This document shows, piece by piece, positions 19,143 through 27,839 of a stretch of 64,000 bases of DNA. Both the position numbers and the translations under genes were made by a program. A model generated the notes under the pieces. That model was not told the DNA's origin and ran no database searches. It saw only the letters and a program-made list of their open reading frames with translations. Source of the stretch: an uncultured Thermoplasmatales archaeon (GTDB lineage Archaea > Thermoplasmatota > E2 > DHVEG-1); assembly GCA_964347865.1 (NCBI GenBank), contig CAYGAC010000011.1, positions 3,693 through 67,692 of the forward strand, in the 5' to 3' direction. Within the stretch, counting starts at the first letter, position 1; each line of letters opens with the position of its first letter.

Positions 19143-19319
19143 ATAATATTTCCCCTTTGTAACAATATATCATCTATATTTCAATTTATATATCTTTTTC
19201 CCAATTTATTAACAAATAATGGCAAAATGGAGAATTTTTACAATATCTTTATGCCAATAAATATTTATATAACTTGCCAATTGGTAATTATTTATACAAT
19301 ACATAAGGGGGTAATCAAT

Positions 19320-20348
19320 ATGAAGAAAAATAACCTAATTGTAAAAGGATTAACTATTGCGATATTAATCCTTTTTTTTGAAGCTAGTGTAGTAACAGGA
19401 TTTAATAAAGTAACAGATAATGAAGTCTCGATACCAAAGTTTAATCAAGGATATGACCGAGGGGATGACTTTGATTGGGAAGTATCAGGAGATGACATCT
19501 TCACAGTTCATGGAGGAAGTTATCCATCAGGTAAGGTTGGTATTGGGACATCAAGTCCATCTTACAAATTAGATATCAGAGGTTCTGATTCATCTCCGTT
19601 ACTCAATATACAAAAAAGCGGTTCTGGGCGGGGAGTTAGAGTATATACATCAAGTGCCTGTGCTTTTTGGGTTGCTAATTCTGGTAATCATGGTTTGAGA
19701 GTAACTCATGCTGATGGAGATGGAATCCATGTGGAAGAAGCAGACGGTTGGGCCGGATATTTCAATGGAAAAGGTTACTTTGCTGACAATGTAGGTATAG
19801 GAACCCAAAGTCCAGACAGCCCCTTAGAAGTTCGTGGAATAATTGAATCTTCATCTGGCGGATTCAAATTCCCAGATGGATCAATACAGATAACTACAAT
19901 AAATAGTAGTGATTATGGAAATACTCTTGATCAAGCTTATGATCAAGGGGGAGCTGGTACTGGTAAAACTATTATTGCAGATTCAGGTGCAGTTAATATT
20001 GATGGACCAGATGGATTGATTATAAATGGAAGTGTTGGAATTAATACTAAGAATCCTGATTATTTATTGGATGTATTTGGTGCAATGGATATTGTTGCAC
20101 GATTTTCAGGTCGTGTGAAAGATGTGGATGCAGTAGAAGATGATGAATATGTAACGAAAAAACAAGTAGAAAGCATAAGTAATTTTTACTATTCTCCATC
20201 CTATTATACACCTACTAGTACAGATGATCCAAATGGAAATGAAGGAGATACTTCTTGGGATAGTAATTATTTCTATATAAAAACAAGCGATGGTTGGAAA
20301 AGGGCGAAATTAGAAACATGGTCTTCAACATCATCCTTAGTAAGATAA
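19320..20348 (+). CDS. secreted protein with phage tail-fibre-like repeats
   Basis: The best start is MKKNNLIVKG, with an AAGGGGGT Shine-Dalgarno site. VGIGTSSPSYKLDIRG, VGIGTQSPDSPLEVRG and VGINTKNPDYLLDVFG repeats. C-terminus YFYIKTSDGWKRAKLETW. Confidence 0.6.
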   Translation: MKKNNLIVKGLTIAILILFFEASVVTGFNKVTDNEVSIPKFNQGYDRGDDFDWEVSGDDIFTVHGGSYPSGKVGIGTSSPSYKLDIRGSDSSPLLNIQKSGSGRGVRVYTSSACAFWVANSGNHGLRVTHADGDGIHVEEADGWAGYFNGKGYFADNVGIGTQSPDSPLEVRGIIESSSGGFKFPDGSIQITTINSSDYGNTLDQAYDQGGAGTGKTIIADSGAVNIDGPDGLIINGSVGINTKNPDYLLDVFGAMDIVARFSGRVKDVDAVEDDEYVTKKQVESISNFYYSPSYYTPTSTDDPNGNEGDTSWDSNYFYIKTSDGWKRAKLETWSSTSSLVR

Positions 20349-20409
20349 TTTGTTAATTTCATCTCTATTTTTTCACAATATTCTTCAATGAAAAAGTAAT
20401 AATGGTATT

Positions 20410-21006
20410 ATGAATTTAAAACTTCATAAAAGAGCTCTTTTCCTATCGTATTTTACAGTTGGATATAATATAATTGAGGGAATTATTTCAATTATTGTAG
20501 GATTATTTGCTGGAAGTCCGGCACTTGTAGGATTTGGTTCAGATAGCTTTGTTGAATCATTATCTGGTAGTATAATGATTTGGAGATTTCTGAAACACGG
20601 TAAAATCTCAGAAATAGAAGAAGAACGAGTTGAGAAAAAAGCTACAAAATTAATTGCTTATACTTTCTTCATATTAGGGGCATATGTTTGTTATGAATCA
20701 GTAAAGAAACTATATTTTCATGAAAAACCTGATCCTAGTCTTTTTGGAATATTAATTGCAATTGCTTCAATCATAGTAATGCCTATTTTATTTTATATGA
20801 AAAATTTGACTGGAAAAAAAATAGAAAGTCAAAGTTTAGTAGCAGATTCAAAACAAACACTTGCCTGCATGTTCATGTCAGTTTCATTACTAGTTGGATT
20901 AAGTTTAAATTATTACTATGGATTCTGGCAATCAGATCCTCTTGTTGGTTTGTTGATTGTTATTTTTCTTTTCAAAGAAGGTTATTCAATTTTGAAAGAA
21001 GAATAA
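20410..21006 (+). CDS. cation-diffusion-facilitator-like membrane protein (TM domain only)
   Basis: 198 aa with 5-6 TM segments. The N-terminus LSYFTVGYNIIEGIISIIVG...GSDSFVES resembles the CDF TM domain. Confidence 0.5.
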   Translation: MNLKLHKRALFLSYFTVGYNIIEGIISIIVGLFAGSPALVGFGSDSFVESLSGSIMIWRFLKHGKISEIEEERVEKKATKLIAYTFFILGAYVCYESVKKLYFHEKPDPSLFGILIAIASIIVMPILFYMKNLTGKKIESQSLVADSKQTLACMFMSVSLLVGLSLNYYYGFWQSDPLVGLLIVIFLFKEGYSILKEE

Positions 21007-21087
21007 CTTTATCCCACATTTCGATTAGTTTCACATTAATTAACAATTGTTAAATTTATATATAATAGAGGTTGTATAATTTGTTAA

Positions 21088-22308
21088 ATGCATTTGATTC
21101 TAAAAGCTGCTATAGCAATATCATTAGCAGCTCTGGTTACCACCTCAGCATATTCAATAATTTTCACTGAAGAAGAAAACAACAATAATAAATTAAATAA
21201 CAATGAAAACACAGAAATTTCAGAAGATACAAATGATAATAGTGATGAAAATAACAGTAATGTAGATAATGAATCAAAAAAGGAGATAGACTTTACTCAT
21301 TATGTTTTCGTTGAAGCCGGCACAACTGTTTGTTGTAAAGCATGTGCACAAGTTCATATTGATTTAGATGAATACTTTGAATCTAAAAGATATCCCTTTT
21401 ACTACGTCAGCTTCCCTATTGAAAATCAAAAAGCCGAAGATTATCTATCAAATTATAACATTTTAGGATACCCAACTGTTTATTTTGATGGAGGTTATGA
21501 AATTATTTATGGAGTTGTAGATTGGAAATCTAAATTTGAAAATAAAATAAAATCAGCAATGAATAGGAAAGTACCGAAAGTTCTTGTAAATGTTTCTGCT
21601 GAATGGATTGAAAATAACGAAGAAATAGAAATAAATATTATTCTAGAAAATTATGAAACAACCACTTATGAAGGCCAATTGAAAGTGTATATAACAGAAA
21701 TTGTATCAACAAAATGGCAGGGTGACCAACCATATGGTTATGCATTTATTGATTTTGCAGTTAATAAGAACATTGAGATTTCATCAAATGATAATATCAC
21801 AGTTACAAATACAATTGATTCATCAGATCTAGATCCAGAAAACCTAATGATATTTGCAGTTATCTTTAATTCGGAAAAGCATGTTGGATATTCACTTCCT
21901 ACAGATAAAAATTCATTTGATGCATATTATGCTGATGCTGTCGATACTACTCAAGTTATTAAAGGGGGAAATCTCCCTCCAAAAACTGGTATTTCATCTC
22001 CAACATTAGGATATATCCATCGCTTTGGAAATGCAAAAAGAATATCAAATCTTGGAAGAACTATACTACTTGGAAGAGCAAAAATTGTTGCTGATGTATC
22101 AGACGATTCATCTATTGAAAAAGTTGAGTTTTACATAAACGATAAACTAATAGAAACGATTACAGAAGAACCATACGAATGGAAATGGCATAAATTTGCA
22201 ATTGGAAAAAAGACAATAACTGTAAAAGCTTATGATGATGAGGGAAAAACATCAACTGCAAAAATGGATGTTTTAGCATTAATAAAATGGCGGAATCCCT
22301 TCTTGTAA
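21088..22308 (+). CDS. secreted protein with an N/E-rich linker, a Cys-containing thioredoxin-like region and a C-terminal Ig-like domain
   Basis: Signal peptide. CCKACAQ...YPTVYFDGG. C-terminus VEFYINDKLIETI...ITVKAYDDEGK. Confidence 0.45.
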   Translation: MHLILKAAIAISLAALVTTSAYSIIFTEEENNNNKLNNNENTEISEDTNDNSDENNSNVDNESKKEIDFTHYVFVEAGTTVCCKACAQVHIDLDEYFESKRYPFYYVSFPIENQKAEDYLSNYNILGYPTVYFDGGYEIIYGVVDWKSKFENKIKSAMNRKVPKVLVNVSAEWIENNEEIEINIILENYETTTYEGQLKVYITEIVSTKWQGDQPYGYAFIDFAVNKNIEISSNDNITVTNTIDSSDLDPENLMIFAVIFNSEKHVGYSLPTDKNSFDAYYADAVDTTQVIKGGNLPPKTGISSPTLGYIHRFGNAKRISNLGRTILLGRAKIVADVSDDSSIEKVEFYINDKLIETITEEPYEWKWHKFAIGKKTITVKAYDDEGKTSTAKMDVLALIKWRNPFL

Positions 22309-22324
22309 GAAGGATTAAGCAAAA

Positions 22325-22993
22325 TTAATTTTTGATTTTACCATCTTGAAGACATATTATTCTATCTGCATCCTTTGCAAGCAAGGGATCATGTGTTGCC
22401 ATAATAATGGTATTTCCTTCTTGATTTAATTTCCGAATATACTTCATAATGTCCTTACTCGTCTTAGTATCGAGATTACCCGTAGGCTCATCCATAAGAA
22501 TGAGAGTAGAATTATTAGCAAGAGCTCTCGCAATAGCAACTCGTTGTTGTTCTCCACCACTCAGTTCATTAGGTTTAGAGTTTACTTTATCTTTAAGTCC
22601 AACTATATCTAATAATTGTTTAGCTCTTTTGTGCTGTTCATCCTCAGATTTTTTTGCAATCATCATGGCTATCTCAATATTTTCAGTAGCTGTAAAAGTT
22701 GGTATGAGATTAAAAAATTGAAAAACAAATCCAATTTTTTCCCTTCTAATTTTAGCTAATTGCTGATCTGATAAAGAAGTAATATCAACTCCATCTAATA
22801 TTATATTTCCAGTTGTAGGATTATCTAAACCAGCTATTAAGTTTAAAAGAGTTGTTTTCCCGCATCCAGATTCTCCCGTTAAAGCAATAAATTCTCCATT
22901 TTTCACCTTTAAAGCAATACCTGCTAAAGCTTTTGTTTTTATCTGTTTTCCATATATCTTTGTTACTTTAGAAATAATTAACACATCAGACAA
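22325..22993 (-). CDS. ABC transporter ATP-binding protein (MacB/LolD type)
   Basis: Walker [10 protein letters not shown], signature LSGGEQQR, Walker B LILMDEPT. Confidence 0.9.
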   Translation of the reverse strand: MSDVLIISKVTKIYGKQIKTKALAGIALKVKNGEFIALTGESGCGKTTLLNLIAGLDNPTTGNIILDGVDITSLSDQQLAKIRREKIGFVFQFFNLIPTFTATENIEIAMMIAKKSEDEQHKRAKQLLDIVGLKDKVNSKPNELSGGEQQRVAIARALANNSTLILMDEPTGNLDTKTSKDIMKYIRKLNQEGNTIIMATHDPLLAKDADRIICLQDGKIKN

Positions 22994-24152
22994 ATCGCAT
23001 CGCCTCCACGGGTGCTAGTCTTGATGCTCGCCAAGCAGGATACAATCCAGCAACAACAGAAACAACTAGAGAAAATAGAATACAAAAAATAAAGATATTA
23101 AGATCAAATGAAATTATTAATGGACCCACTGATGATTGAAATGATTGATACTGTGCTGGGAACATCAGTGGAAGTACCGTGATAGATGCTATGAATCCAA
23201 TAATATATCCTATTACTCCCCCTAGAATACCAATAATCATCGTTTCAATGAGAAATTGTTTAAAAATAAGAGATTTCGTTGCTCCTAATGATTTTAAAAT
23301 TCCAATTTCACGTTTTCTTTCATTTACAGCAGTTGCCATGGTATTTACAATACCAAAAAAACCAGCTATGATTGCAATAATAACTATTAGTAAGGAAGCA
23401 TTTTGTACTGTTTTAATCACATCCAATGATTCCTCAATTATTTGATTATTTGTTATTACATTGACATTGGCAACATTTTGTATACTTAGGATATATTCGT
23501 CCATTTTTGATATGTCATCGACTCTTATGAAAACAAATGAAACCATATTTTTTGTATTGTAGATATTTGCAGCTATTTCAAACGGTATAAAAATAGAAAT
23601 ATCATCATTGGTGTTGGTTTGTTCTAGAACCCCTGTAATATTAAATTGAGTTTCTCTTATAATTAACGTGTCTCCAATTGTGAGGTTAAATTTTTCAGCA
23701 ATACTTGAACCTAGATTTGCAGAAAATGTATCATTGTCATTTAGATATGTACCGTTTTGTATAATCCAATTTCGAAGGGTCATCATCTTAGTTGGATTTA
23801 TGCCAGTTACAGTAACTGGCTTTCCTTCAATACCCGTGCTTTTTACAATAATTGGTGCAGATTCGATTCCTTTTATTTTTGATATATTTTCATAATCAGA
23901 AAATGGAATGGCTTCTCCAACCTGCTCACCTTCTAAAACACTCACATATTCATAAGAACACCAATGCAAAGGTGTAACCATAGCATCTGAACCTAAAGCA
24001 TTTGCACGTTCAACCACTTGATTTTCCATTTCAGCTCCTAAAAAAAGAAGGCCTGCAATTGTCGCTATACCTACAGTTATACCAAGAAGGGTTAAAAGAA
24101 ACCTAGTTTTTCTTCTCATTATATTTTTGATAACAAGTTTCAACATATTCAT
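22986..24152 (-). CDS. ABC transporter permease, FtsX/MacB-like
   Basis: 388 aa. An N-terminal TM segment, a large extracytoplasmic domain, then three C-terminal TM segments. Overlaps the ATPase gene by 8 nt. Confidence 0.8.
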   Translation of the reverse strand: MNMLKLVIKNIMRRKTRFLLTLLGITVGIATIAGLLFLGAEMENQVVERANALGSDAMVTPLHWCSYEYVSVLEGEQVGEAIPFSDYENISKIKGIESAPIIVKSTGIEGKPVTVTGINPTKMMTLRNWIIQNGTYLNDNDTFSANLGSSIAEKFNLTIGDTLIIRETQFNITGVLEQTNTNDDISIFIPFEIAANIYNTKNMVSFVFIRVDDISKMDEYILSIQNVANVNVITNNQIIEESLDVIKTVQNASLLIVIIAIIAGFFGIVNTMATAVNERKREIGILKSLGATKSLIFKQFLIETMIIGILGGVIGYIIGFIASITVLPLMFPAQYQSFQSSVGPLIISFDLNIFIFCILFSLVVSVVAGLYPAWRASRLAPVEAMRFV

Positions 24153-24199
24153 TGGAAGAAACCCCTAGACTTTTCCTTTATCATTGATTTTTTGTGCAA

Positions 24200-24607
24200 C
24201 TAAAACATAAGTGTCATCAGGATTTTTTTTTTAATGTGTCCAGTAACGATTATATCGTGTTCAATTGCTGGAATCGTTTTTTCCGATAAATATGTCTTGC
24301 AATCTACCAGAAGATGTGTGTATTCCTCTCCACAATATGCATTTCTTCCACATTGAATATATATATCTATTGGCATCATTAGAAATGAAGAATTTTCTAA
24401 TTCTTTAGTTATAACAACTCCTTCGACTTTGATTTCATTGCCGATATATGCGGCAGGATCTGCTGTTACCTCCAAAGAAGTTAGAATAATTTCATTGTTA
24501 TCAGTACTCTTGTTATTATTTATAAAAAATAGCCAATATGATGCAAGAATAACAATGATTACAATAAAAACAATTCCTCCGATTATATTTTGCTTTCGTT
24601 CGTCCAT
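24200..24607 (-). CDS. membrane-anchored hypothetical protein, first gene of the ABC operon
   Basis: 135 aa with a single N-terminal TM segment. Confidence 0.5.
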   Translation of the reverse strand: MDERKQNIIGGIVFIVIIVILASYWLFFINNNKSTDNNEIILTSLEVTADPAAYIGNEIKVEGVVITKELENSSFLMMPIDIYIQCGRNAYCGEEYTHLLVDCKTYLSEKTIPAIEHDIIVTGHIKKKILMTLMF

Positions 24608-24811
24608 TTACTTATGCCCCAACTAATGTTATTTTATTTAACAATTGTTAACCTTGTATTCGTTATTATATTATAAATACCTTATGATAGTAAATGTAAA
24701 TTTTTAGATTTTAGGAAACAAACTTCAATATGATAGCTGAGTATAGGCATCAAACTTGAAGTTCGAGTCCGTCAAATAAAAAAAATGTTTTCAACAGGAG
24801 AAAAATAACAA

Positions 24812-24858
24812 GATTAACCTCCGAGGGGATTAGGTTATGAATATTCAAACCCCTCCCT
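24812..24858 (-). repeat. degenerate duplicate of the tRNA-Thr 3' half, split by a 13-nt insertion
   Basis: CCTCCGAGGGGAT | TAGGTTATGAATA | TTCAAACCCCTCCC aligns with GCCGCCGAAGGGAT | TCGAACCCCTGACC of the tRNA, which lies about 60 nt away. Confidence 0.55.
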
Positions 24859-24892
24859 AAATTTTTGCAACAAATGTATCATTTACTCGAAG

Positions 24893-24899
24893 AAAAAAA
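24893..24899 (-). terminator. oligo-T terminator of tRNA-Thr
   Basis: T7 run on the minus strand, 11 nt past the tRNA 3' end. Confidence 0.5.
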
Positions 24900-24909
24900 T
24901 AGTTATGAT

Positions 24910-24982
24910 AGCCGCCGAAGGGATTCGAACCCCTGACCTGCTGATTACGAATCAGCTGCTCCACCAGCTAAGCTACGACGGC
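24910..24982 (-). tRNA. tRNA-Thr (anticodon CGU), no encoded CCA, no intron
   Basis: Hand-folded cloverleaf. Acceptor GCCGTCG/CGGCGGC. D arm GCTT/GAGC. Anticodon stem GCTGA/TCAGC with loop TTCGTAA. T arm AGGGG-TTCGAAT-CCCTT. Confidence 0.9.
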
Positions 24983-25005
24983 ATCTACGAGCTGAATACT
25001 CATAC

Positions 25006-25017
25006 AATAATAAAAAA
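25006..25017 (-). promoter_or_regulatory. TATA box candidate for tRNA-Thr
   Basis: TTTTTTATTATT on the minus strand, 24-35 nt upstream of the tRNA 5' end. Confidence 0.45.
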
Positions 25018-25076
25018 TTGACTATCATTTTACCTTTCCGCAACATCTTTTTACTTTTTTATGTTACAATATTTGA

Positions 25077-25736
25077 ATGATTTGTGGTGTTGATGAGGCT
25101 GGTCGCGGACCAGTTATTGGTCCCCTAGTAATTGCTGGAGTTACATATAAAGACAATTCGTTACTTATTGAGTATAATATAAGAGATTCAAAGAAAATAA
25201 CCCCAAAAATAAGAGAGATGTTAGCCAATAAAATAAAAAAATCCGCAATTAAATATGAAATTCTAACCATCAATGCATCTGATATTGATGATATGAGAAA
25301 GGTTATGACTTTAAACGAACTAGAAGTAAATGCTTTTTCTCAAGTAATAAAAAAATTAGAACCAGAATTTTGTTATGTGGATGCTGCTGATGTTAACGAA
25401 AAACGTTTTGGTAAAGAGATATTATCGAGACTGACCTATAAACCAAAGATTATATCAAAACATAAGGCTGATGAAATATATCCCATAGTTGGAGCTGCTT
25501 CGATTCTTGCTAAAACAATAAGAGATGAACATGTACAAAAAATTGCAAGAAATTTACAAAAGAATTTACATCTCCCTCTTGGTAGTGGTTATCCTGCTGA
25601 TCCAGTTACGAAGAAATTCCTGATAACATGGTTAGAAACCTATGGAGAATTACCATCCCATGTTCGACATTCATGGAAAACAGCTCAAAAATTGATAAAA
25701 GATAGTAAAAGGAGTAAATTAGATAATTTTTACTGA
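25077..25736 (+). CDS. rnhB: ribonuclease HII
   Basis: The N-terminus MICGVDEAGRGPVIGPLVIAGV is the RNase HII signature. Confidence 0.9.
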   Translation: MICGVDEAGRGPVIGPLVIAGVTYKDNSLLIEYNIRDSKKITPKIREMLANKIKKSAIKYEILTINASDIDDMRKVMTLNELEVNAFSQVIKKLEPEFCYVDAADVNEKRFGKEILSRLTYKPKIISKHKADEIYPIVGAASILAKTIRDEHVQKIARNLQKNLHLPLGSGYPADPVTKKFLITWLETYGELPSHVRHSWKTAQKLIKDSKRSKLDNFY

Positions 25737-26815
25737 TTTTCCTCTTGGAATTCTTTCATAAAGTCAGCTAATGCTTGTACACCTTCTAGTGGCATTGCAT
25801 TGTATATTGAAGCTCTCATGCCACCAACAGATCTATGGCCTTTGAGACCGACCATTCCTCTTGACAATCCCTCTGCAATACACTTTTCTTCCAATTCAGG
25901 AGTTGCTAGATTAAAAGTAACATTCATCAGGGATCTAGAATCAGTTTTGGCATGACCTTTGTAAAAACCATTGGATTTATCAATAATATCATAGAGTATC
26001 TTAGCTTTTTTTCTATTTATCTTTTCAATTGCTGGAACTCCACCTAAACTCTTCAAATATTCTAAAGAAAGCTTACAAATGTATATTGCCCAACATGGAC
26101 CTGTATTGAATAAAGAATCTTTTTCTGCATGGGTGTTCCATTTTTGCAATGTTGGAGTATTTTCTGGCACTCTATCAAGAAGGTCCTCACGCACAATAAC
26201 AAGTGTAACACCTGCTGGTCCCATATTCTTCTGTGCACCTGCATACATAACTCCAAATTTCTTTGGATCAACAATTTTATCCATAATGTGGGATGACATA
26301 TCACAAGCCAAAGGAACATTACTTGATACTTTCGGCCAATCATGGTATTCGGTTCCATAGATCGTATTATTTCCTGTAATATGGGCGAATGCTGCATTAT
26401 CACTAAATTCGATACCCTTTGGTATGTAAGAGAAGTTTTTATCTTCAGAACTAGCAACCACTTTAACATCACCATAAAATTTTCCTTCCTTGATGGCCTT
26501 CTTGGACCAGACACCAGTATTGACGTATTCCATTGATTTCCGATTTTTTTGGAGATTCAAAGGAACCATATAAAACTGTGAAGAAGCTCCACCCTGTAAC
26601 CACATAATCTTGTAATCATCTGGAAGGTTCATAAGGTCCTTTACTAATCCTGATGCCTCAGAATGCATCTTTGCATACTCTTTTGATCGATGAGAAATTT
26701 CCATAAGTGACATTCCTGTTCCCTGGAAATCAAGTAACTCTTCCTGGGCCTTTTTAAGAGCGGGTAGGGGTAAGGTTGCAGGACCAGCATAAAAATTGTA
26801 AACGCGCTTTGTCAT
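25730..26815 (-). CDS. serC: phosphoserine aminotransferase
   Basis: YNFYAGPATLP...MEISHRSKEY. The start is best at MTKRVYNF (ATG 26815). Confidence 0.9.
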   Translation of the reverse strand: MTKRVYNFYAGPATLPLPALKKAQEELLDFQGTGMSLMEISHRSKEYAKMHSEASGLVKDLMNLPDDYKIMWLQGGASSQFYMVPLNLQKNRKSMEYVNTGVWSKKAIKEGKFYGDVKVVASSEDKNFSYIPKGIEFSDNAAFAHITGNNTIYGTEYHDWPKVSSNVPLACDMSSHIMDKIVDPKKFGVMYAGAQKNMGPAGVTLVIVREDLLDRVPENTPTLQKWNTHAEKDSLFNTGPCWAIYICKLSLEYLKSLGGVPAIEKINRKKAKILYDIIDKSNGFYKGHAKTDSRSLMNVTFNLATPELEEKCIAEGLSRGMVGLKGHRSVGGMRASIYNAMPLEGVQALADFMKEFQEENQ

Positions 26816-26903
26816 TTTTATCACTACTCTGTTGAAGCACTGTATATTCAAAAGGGATTTAAAGGATTCGGAGTAAATATTTGTAATTCTTATCTATAAA
26901 GAT

Positions 26904-27692
26904 TTATTTTTCTTTGACAACAGGATAATCTTCACCTTTCATCAATTCTATATCCAAACTATCATAAGTAAAAACTGGAAACATATCCATTAACCTGGTT
27001 GAAACAACTTGAGAGAGAGGAAATTGAATGATTTTCTTTTTTCTTTTTATCCCTGTAATAATTATTTCTGCTGCTTCTTCTGCTGGAATTGCACCTCTTC
27101 TGTAGTAATCTTTAATCATTGGAGTTTGAACAGAACCTGGTTTTATAGTTATGAATTGTATATTGTATTTTTGTTTTGCCTCCGCTCTGAGACTTTCCAT
27201 GAGCCAACTTACTGCTGCTTTACTAGATCCATACGCCCCCCATCCTGGAACGCCTCGTCTATCGGGTAATGTAGATGTTGCTACTATAACTCCAGATTTT
27301 TGAGATTTCATAACGGAAAGAAGGCTCTCAATAAAGTAAACATAACCAAGAAAATTAATTTCCATTGAATCCTTTATTATATTGCTATCAAAAGTTTCAA
27401 TTGGATTTGGTACAAGAACCCCTTGAGTTAATATTGCAACGTCAATTCTACCATATTCTTTTTTAGTATAGTCAACAGCTTTTTGAATATCATATTTATT
27501 TTTTACATCGCATTTTTTATAGATGCATTTTGTAACTTGATTTTCTACATTTTTGCAAATACCCTCTAATTTTTTTTCCCGTCTAGAAAATAACGCCAAC
27601 TTACAATTCTCTTTCGAGAGTTGATATGCAATTGCTTTACCCATGCCCCCAGTTGCACCTGATATTAAAATAACTTTATCTTTAAATTCCAT
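26904..27692 (-). CDS. short-chain dehydrogenase/reductase (SDR)
   Basis: SGATGGMGKAIA (TGxxxGxG) and YGSSKAAV (YxxxK). Confidence 0.85.
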   Translation of the reverse strand: MEFKDKVILISGATGGMGKAIAYQLSKENCKLALFSRREKKLEGICKNVENQVTKCIYKKCDVKNKYDIQKAVDYTKKEYGRIDVAILTQGVLVPNPIETFDSNIIKDSMEINFLGYVYFIESLLSVMKSQKSGVIVATSTLPDRRGVPGWGAYGSSKAAVSWLMESLRAEAKQKYNIQFITIKPGSVQTPMIKDYYRRGAIPAEEAAEIIITGIKRKKKIIQFPLSQVVSTRLMDMFPVFTYDSLDIELMKGEDYPVVKEK

Positions 27693-27839
27693 TTAATCAA
27701 TTGTTATATAATCGAATCAATTATTATTCTATCGTTCTAGAATAAACTAAGGTTTTTTATCATACAAAAAATTTAAGTTAAACTATAATATACGGGATAT
27801 TCACCTATATTCTTAAGAATAAAGGATGAAAATATAACC

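Noticed and set aside
24721-24775. tRNA-like segment (TAGCTGAGTATAGG..., GAAGTTCGAGTCC) upstream of the ABC operon
   Set aside because: I could not fold a cloverleaf. The T-stem and acceptor do not pair, and only an 8-bp AACTTCAA/TTGAAGTT stem forms. I treat it at most as another degraded tRNA-derived fragment.
26062-26514. 150-aa minus-strand ORF and several plus-strand ORFs inside serC
   Set aside because: These are alternative-frame shadows of the strongly conserved phosphoserine aminotransferase gene.
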